DNA from: Candidatus Kaftiobacterium secundum
GTDB lineage: Bacteria; Sysuimicrobiota; Sysuimicrobiia; Sysuimicrobiales; Kaftiobacteriaceae
Direction of reading: 5' to 3'
Length of the DNA: 64,000 bases
Assembly: GCA_031459765.1 (NCBI GenBank)
Contig: JAVKHY010000001.1
Location: 468,156 to 532,155, forward strand
This document shows positions 58,992 through 64,000 of the stretch, piece by piece (the first letter of the stretch is position 1; every line of letters starts with the position of its first letter). A model generated the notes under the pieces. It saw nothing but the letters and a program-made list of their open reading frames with translations, did not search any database and was not told the origin of the DNA. Made by a program: the position numbers and the translations under genes.

Positions 58992-59125
58992 TCCTCGCAA
59001 TTTCCCGATAGAAGCGCGCTCCTACGCCTTTTCCCGGATGCCCGAGCAGCCGGCGGTGGCTAGAGTAGGGGCATCACAACGCCGCGGGCGCACCGTGCCC
59101 ACAGGCCGAGGAGGAGGAACTGATA

Positions 59126-59647
59126 ATGGCCAGAGCGATCGCTGTGATCGCCGCAGTGCTACTTGGGGGTGCCGCAACGGCAGTTACGCCCCGGGAATCC
59201 ATGGGGATGCCCATCAGAGACGAAGCTGCAGCAACGGTCACGGCCCAGGAAGCCATGATTGTCTTCACCCCCGGGCAGTTGAAGTGGCAGGCCGCACCGC
59301 CCTCGTTGCCGCCCGGTGCCCAGATCGTCATCCTGGAAGGTAACCCGGCGCAGGCGGTGCCCCTGACCATGCGGTTGAAGTTCCCGGCCGGATACGCGAT
59401 CCCGCCCCACACCCACCCCGCGCTTGAGCACGTCACCGTGCTGTCCGGGCGGTTCGCTATCGCCATGGGGGACGTGCTCGACAAATCGAAGGGGACAGCC
59501 TACGGCCCTGGGAGTTTCTTCGTGATCGCGCCGGGGATGCGCCACTACGCCTGGACGACGGCTGAAACCATCATCCAGCTGCACAGCGTCGGTCCCTGGG
59601 GCATCACCTACGTCAACCCCGCGGACGATCCGCGGAACAGCCGGTAA
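59126..59647 (+). CDS. secreted cupin domain protein
   Basis: signal peptide; cupin motifs IPPHTHPALEHVTVLSGRF...GPGSFFVIAPGMRHYA; GAGGAGGAA RBS. Confidence 0.7.
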   Translation: MARAIAVIAAVLLGGAATAVTPRESMGMPIRDEAAATVTAQEAMIVFTPGQLKWQAAPPSLPPGAQIVILEGNPAQAVPLTMRLKFPAGYAIPPHTHPALEHVTVLSGRFAIAMGDVLDKSKGTAYGPGSFFVIAPGMRHYAWTTAETIIQLHSVGPWGITYVNPADDPRNSR

Positions 59648-59734
59648 CGCGCTGATCCACGTCGCGGTCAGGTCGTGGTCGGGGAGGGTTGCCTCCCGGG
59701 CCGCGACCTGGCCCGACTCCCCTGGAGGTGTGTC

Positions 59735-59995
59735 ATGACCGTGGATGTGACGACAGAGATCAAGACCAAGGCCCGAGCCGTTTGGGCCAAGGGGGCGTAC
59801 GGCGAGAGCGCGCGGAACCTGGTGGAGGTGTCCGCGCACCTGGTTCGGGCGGCAGGGGTAGGCGCGGGGGACCGCGTCCTCGACGTGGCCACCGGGACCG
59901 GCATCACGGCGATTACGGCCCGCCGGACCGGAGCCTACCTGGCTCCGGTTAAGTCCGCCGGAGTTGATACGGCGATCACGATCAGACGCGGGTAA
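59735..59995 (+). pseudogene. class I SAM-dependent methyltransferase N-terminal fragment
   Basis: AKGAYGESARNLVEV...RVLDVATGTGITAITAARRTGA then loss of homology and early stop. Confidence 0.35.
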
Positions 59996-60016
59996 GCTGA
60001 CCGGATCCGGAACGAG

Positions 60017-60051
60017 AGGGCCCGCTCGCAGGACGACGAGACGGGCCCTCC
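60017..60051. terminator. bidirectional hairpin between convergent genes
   Basis: perfect 9-bp inverted repeat GAGGGCCCG...CGGGCCCTC with 17-nt loop, followed by GTGTGTT. Confidence 0.4.
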
Positions 60052-60079
60052 GTGTGTTCGGAGCGACCGTTCGGGATGC

Positions 60080-60517
60080 CTACCATCCGGCGAGGAAGGG
60101 CAGCGCGATCGCCCCGGGGCCGGTGAAGAGCAGGGCCAGGGCCGCCACCATCAGGGCGAACTCGAACTCCCACCCGGATGCCTGCAGCTCCATGAAACGG
60201 GCCTTGGCCATTCCGCGCTTGACCAGCCGGATGGCCGCGAGCATGTCGATGGCCAGCCCCAGAGCGATGATCCGGGTGGCCACACCCAGGACGAGCAGGA
60301 CGGCGCCGGCCGTCTCCAGCAGGATCACGACCCAGCCCAGCAACGCCGGCAGCGGGACCTCCAACTGCCTGAGGAACCCGACGAAACCGGCCGGGCCCTT
60401 CATCGGACTGTTGGGATTGAGCTTGGGCCAGCCGTGAACAAGAAAGATGATGCCCAACCCTACCCGGAGAATCAGCAGTCCCCAGTCACCCACCGGTTCG
60501 AAGACCCCCTCCAGCAT
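60080..60517 (-). CDS. DoxX family membrane protein
   Basis: LLILRVGLGIIFLVHGWPKL DoxX pattern; AAGGAGGG RBS; track ORF trimmed to MLEGVF. Confidence 0.75.
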   Translation of the reverse strand: MLEGVFEPVGDWGLLILRVGLGIIFLVHGWPKLNPNSPMKGPAGFVGFLRQLEVPLPALLGWVVILLETAGAVLLVLGVATRIIALGLAIDMLAAIRLVKRGMAKARFMELQASGWEFEFALMVAALALLFTGPGAIALPFLAGW

Positions 60518-60680
60518 CTGGTTCCCTCCTTTGCCTGCCGCCCCGGACCGTCGGGTTCCGGGGGAATGTCTTACACATAGTAAGGTGCTTGATAATAATA
60601 AGTCAACCCATGCAGTCCGGCGATCGCCTCCGGGGAGAGCGGGCGGCGCCGGGTTGCGGGGGGCGCGGCGCTCCTGCACA

Positions 60681-61937
60681 ATGGAGGACACAGGAGCCGA
60701 AACCGGCGGGTTGCCTCTGGACGTGGAACGTCAGGTCGCCAGTCATCCGGTCACGATCCAGGAGTCCGCGCTCCGCCCGGGCCATCCCGACTTCCTGGAT
60801 CTCCCCTGGCATGCCCCCGTGGAGATGTGGGACGGATTGTCGGAGCGCATCGTGCGGCGCCCCAGCGGCCCCTCCCGGCACCCCGTGGTGTTCGCGGACT
60901 ACGGGGGCCGGGTGTACGCCTTCAAGCAATCCTCCCGGGACGCTGTGGTGCGGGAGTATGAACGGCTGCGGAGCCTGGAAGCCCTCCGCCTGCCCGTGGT
61001 GACCCCGGTAGGGTACATGCACGTGCGCACGCCCGTCCATGAGGCGGCGGTGCTCATCACCCGCTACCTGGACTACGCGCTGCCCTACCACCACCTCTTC
61101 ATGCAGCCCGACCTGGAGCGGTATCGAGAGCACCTGCTGGACGCGCTGGCCGGGCTGCTCGTGCAGCTGCACATCGCCGGAGTCTACTGGGGAGACTGCT
61201 CCCTCTCCAACACCCTGTTTCGCCGGGATGCCGGCGCGCTGCAGGCCTACCTGGTGGATGCGGAGACGGCCGAGGCGCACCCCCATCTCGCCCCGGGGCT
61301 GCGCGAGCACGACCTGGAGATCATGGAAGAGAACGTCTACGGCGCGCTGCTGGACCTGACCGCCATGGGCGCGCTGCCGCCCGGCTACGCCGTGGACAGG
61401 GTGGGCGCGGAGATCCGCCGCCGCTACGGGCGGCTGTGGGGTGAGATCACCCGCGAGGAGGTGTTGAGCCCGCACGAGCGCTACCGCATCCAGGAGCGCA
61501 TCCGGGCCCTCAACGCCCTGGGCTTCTCTGTGGAAGAGGTGGAACTGACCTCGGTGGCGGCCGGCGATCGCCTCCGCCTGCGCGTGTTCGTCGCCGACCG
61601 GAACTTCCACCGGGACCTGCTGGTCCGGCTGACCGGGGTGGAAGCGGAGGAGGCGCAGGCCCGTCAGATGATGGGCGAGATCCAGGAGTTGAAGGCCACG
61701 CTCTCCCGGGAGGAAAACCGGAGTCTGCCCCTCAGCCTGGCCGCGCAGCGCTGGCTGGCCGAGATTTACCACCCCATTGCCGCCCGGCTGCGCACGCTGG
61801 CCGGCGACGGCACCCCGCTGCCGGAGCTCTACTGCCAGTTGCTGGAACACAAGTGGTATCTCTCGGAGGCCGCGGGGAGGGACGTGGGGCATGCGGCGGC
61901 GCTGGACGACTATGCGCGCCGACTGACCGCGAAGTAA
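60681..61937 (+). CDS. DUF4032-like / kinase-fold hypothetical protein
   Basis: about 418 aa; HIAGVYWGDCSLSNTLF...YLVDAETAE region resembles Kdo/RIO-like kinase-fold families; start uncertain. Confidence 0.5.
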   Translation: MEDTGAETGGLPLDVERQVASHPVTIQESALRPGHPDFLDLPWHAPVEMWDGLSERIVRRPSGPSRHPVVFADYGGRVYAFKQSSRDAVVREYERLRSLEALRLPVVTPVGYMHVRTPVHEAAVLITRYLDYALPYHHLFMQPDLERYREHLLDALAGLLVQLHIAGVYWGDCSLSNTLFRRDAGALQAYLVDAETAEAHPHLAPGLREHDLEIMEENVYGALLDLTAMGALPPGYAVDRVGAEIRRRYGRLWGEITREEVLSPHERYRIQERIRALNALGFSVEEVELTSVAAGDRLRLRVFVADRNFHRDLLVRLTGVEAEEAQARQMMGEIQELKATLSREENRSLPLSLAAQRWLAEIYHPIAARLRTLAGDGTPLPELYCQLLEHKWYLSEAAGRDVGHAAALDDYARRLTAK

Positions 61938-61943
61938 CCCCCG

Positions 61944-62165
61944 GTGCCAGGAGCATTGTCCGTTCTGCTGCCCGTCGGCCTCGTCATCGGGGCGGCGGTG
62001 GCCGTCCTCTTCGGCGGCCACGCGGCTTTCCGTCGCGGGGCCAGGAAGGAGACCCACGCATTTCTGACGCCGGCGCGTGACGAAGCCCGGGTGATCGTCA
62101 CGGAGGAGATGCTCCAGGGTCTGCCCGCGCTCGTGTGCAATGGCGGGAAGCAGCCTGACGGTTGA
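61944..62165 (+). CDS. small hypothetical membrane protein
   Basis: 73-aa ORF with one hydrophobic segment. Confidence 0.25.
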   Translation: MPGALSVLLPVGLVIGAAVAVLFGGHAAFRRGARKETHAFLTPARDEARVIVTEEMLQGLPALVCNGGKQPDG

Positions 62166-62331
62166 GGGGGTTGAGATCGGCGGATCGGCGGACGGCCCGC
62201 TTTGATCAGCGGGCGCGGCGGAAGCGGGCGGCCACGATCGCGTAAAGCACCAGCAGCGACAGCAGGGTGCCAACGGCCACCGCCGCGGCGTCCCCGATCC
62301 CCGGGACGGACCCGGGCGGCGGAGGCGGAGG

Positions 62332-63465
62332 TTGCTGCAGCAGCAAGGACGGCATCCCGTCCTCTCATTCCGCAGGACCGCCGCAACCCCTACCGAAGTC
62401 ACCTCCACCGTGGCCACGCGCACCGAACTTGTCATCCGGACGAGCCTGGTGGTCACCACGGCTCTTGTCCTTATCGGGCTGGCCCGCCTGATCACCCAGA
62501 TCGTCGGCATCCTGCTCGTCGTCCTGGTCGCGGCGATCCTGGCCACGGGCGTGGCTCCCCTGGTCAGCAGCCTGGAGCGCCTCCGGTGGGGCCGGCGCGG
62601 CTGGCACCTCCCCCGGACCGGGGCGATCCTCGCCGTGTTCCTGGGCATCGCCCTCGCGCTGCTGTCGCTGACGGGACTGCTGGTGACGCCCGTCGTCATC
62701 GAGGCGCAGCAGTTCCTGAGCAACCTGCCTCAGAATGTGACCCGGCTGGAAGCCTCCCTGCAGGCCTGGGAGGACCGGTACTCCTGGCTGCCCGATCTCA
62801 GCGGGATCGTCCGGCGCATCCCCCAGGAGATCTACCGGCTGAACCGGTACTTCGGGCAGGCCGCGGGCGTGGCGTTCCGCTTCGTCGGCGGGCTGGCCAC
62901 CGCGGTCACGGTGCTGTTCCTGGCGTTCTACATGCTGGTCGAGGGGCCGGCCATCAAGGCCGGTTTCCTGGCGCTGTTTCCTCCTCCGAGCCGGCGCGAG
63001 GTGGCCGACGTCCTGGAGCAGATCGGGGCCAGGTTCGGCGGATGGGTGCGGGGCCAGTTGCTGCTGGGCCTGATCATCGGGGTGGCGGCGGGAGCGGGCA
63101 TGGCCGCCATCGACATGCCGTTCCCGATCCTGCTGGGGATCGTGGCCGGGATCACCGAGCTCATTCCCATGATCGGGCCGACGCTTGGCGCCATCCCCGC
63201 CGTGTTCCTGGCCCTGTTCCAGCCTCCCTGGAAACTGATCTTCACCATCGCCTGGTATGCCGCCATCCAGCAGGCCGAGGCCAACTTCGTCGTCCCGCGG
63301 GTGATGCGGGCCTCGGTGGGCCTCTCGCCGCTGCTGACGATCATCGCCCTGATCGTCGGCGCGACGCTGCTCGGCGCGGTCGGGGCGCTGCTGGCCGTGC
63401 CGGTGGCCGCGGCGCTGCAGGTGGTGGTCGGAACGATCGCCGGCCGAATCAGGCCGAAGGAGTAG
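62332..63465 (+). CDS. AI-2E family transporter (UPF0118/PerM-like)
   Basis: multi-TM; VGIVAGITELIPMIGPTLGAIPAVFLAL and C-terminal LAVPVAAALQVV pattern; start uncertain (TTG 62332 or GTG 62410). Confidence 0.8.
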   Translation: MLQQQGRHPVLSFRRTAATPTEVTSTVATRTELVIRTSLVVTTALVLIGLARLITQIVGILLVVLVAAILATGVAPLVSSLERLRWGRRGWHLPRTGAILAVFLGIALALLSLTGLLVTPVVIEAQQFLSNLPQNVTRLEASLQAWEDRYSWLPDLSGIVRRIPQEIYRLNRYFGQAAGVAFRFVGGLATAVTVLFLAFYMLVEGPAIKAGFLALFPPPSRREVADVLEQIGARFGGWVRGQLLLGLIIGVAAGAGMAAIDMPFPILLGIVAGITELIPMIGPTLGAIPAVFLALFQPPWKLIFTIAWYAAIQQAEANFVVPRVMRASVGLSPLLTIIALIVGATLLGAVGALLAVPVAAALQVVVGTIAGRIRPKE

Positions 63466-63900
63466 TCAGGGCGAGACGATCACGGTCAGCACGAAGGCCG
63501 TCTCCGGCGCCGCGTAGGGCGTGACGATCCGGATGCGGTAGACTCCCGGCGTCCGCTGCCGGAAACCTGCCTCCGCCACATCCAGCCCCGGGTCGGGAAG
63601 AACCACAGTGGCCGGCCCTCCGCCCACGGCGAGCACGCGGAGGGGTTGCCGCGGTCGGAGGGAGACGACGCGCTGCCGCGCCACCACCCGTCCGTTGCGA
63701 ACCGTGTACCGCCAGCTCACCCCGGGCGGCGCCGCCGGGATCTCCGGAGGATCGGCGGCGGTCCACCGGCCGTCCTGCCAGCGCCAGGCCCGCGTCTCTC
63801 CCCGCCGGCGCTCGACCAGCAGCGGCTCCACCACGTGCAGAGTCCCGAGGAATCGCGCCTCGCGCAGCACCGCGGGGGCGCCGCCCCGCAGACCGATCAC
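63466..63900 (-). CDS. hypothetical protein (may extend beyond window end)
   Basis: 144-aa ORF convergent with the AI-2E gene; no motif recognised. Confidence 0.35.
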   Translation of the reverse strand: MIGLRGGAPAVLREARFLGTLHVVEPLLVERRRGETRAWRWQDGRWTAADPPEIPAAPPGVSWRYTVRNGRVVARQRVVSLRPRQPLRVLAVGGGPATVVLPDPGLDVAEAGFRQRTPGVYRIRIVTPYAAPETAFVLTVIVSP

Positions 63901-64000
63901 CCGGTACTCCTGCGTGCCGTCGTCGTGCAGCCCGGAGAAGATCGCCGCATCACGACCCTCCAGCAGACGCGCGGCGTCGGCGGAGAAGGGGACCGTCCCG

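Overview
High-GC (about 70% by eye) bacterial chromosomal segment, densely coding. Strand and start calls were refined by hand from the six-frame track; the track labels GTG/TTG starts as M, and many long ORFs are GC-driven antisense artefacts. Main blocks in order: (1) housekeeping genes: GH1 beta-glucosidase, an orphan AmmeMemoRadiSam radical SAM enzyme, an amidohydrolase, and QueG with C-terminal HEAT repeats. (2) An ECF sigma / zinc-finger (ZAS) anti-sigma operon followed by an ArsM-like methyltransferase with an in-frame TGA exactly at a conserved Cys (selenocysteine candidate; a SECIS-like hairpin lies downstream), then AhpD-like, OsmC and cupin genes. (3) A large cell-wall recycling / amino-sugar locus from 11.2 to 37.7 kb: two family-5 peptide ABC importers without ATPase genes, NagA, an AmiE-like beta-lactamase-fold protein, a MurK-like kinase, MurQ, AnmK, a secreted S1 protease, NagZ, a SIS-domain enzyme, a sugar ABC importer, a GH20-like hydrolase, a DUF4127-GrpB fusion, an FAD oxidoreductase and a NanE-like hypothetical. 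(4) tRNA-Asn with a consensus promoter, immediately followed by a lower-GC block of about 7 kb (roughly 50-60% by eye). This block holds an IS701-like transposase fragment, an intact IS3-family element (terminal inverted repeats, A_AAA_AAG -1 frameshift) and a degraded RiPP-like cluster: GNAT, PqqD-like RRE, SPASM radical SAM, MFS exporter, and a 5'-truncated radical SAM with a C-terminal RRE. The block ends at a sharp junction that also truncates the adjacent heavy-metal P1B ATPase gene. (5) A BMP-family nucleoside ABC transporter. (6) Two paralogous LuxR-type STAND (P-loop/TPR/HTH) regulators, each followed by a secreted cupin; the first copy is 5'-truncated with a 1-nt frameshift in the Walker A codons. 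A YcaQ/AlkZ-like gene and an MmcQ-like gene lie between them. (7) DoxX, a DUF4032-like protein and an AI-2E transporter. No CRISPR array and no rRNA genes were seen. All homology statements are from memory of family motifs; no searches were run.
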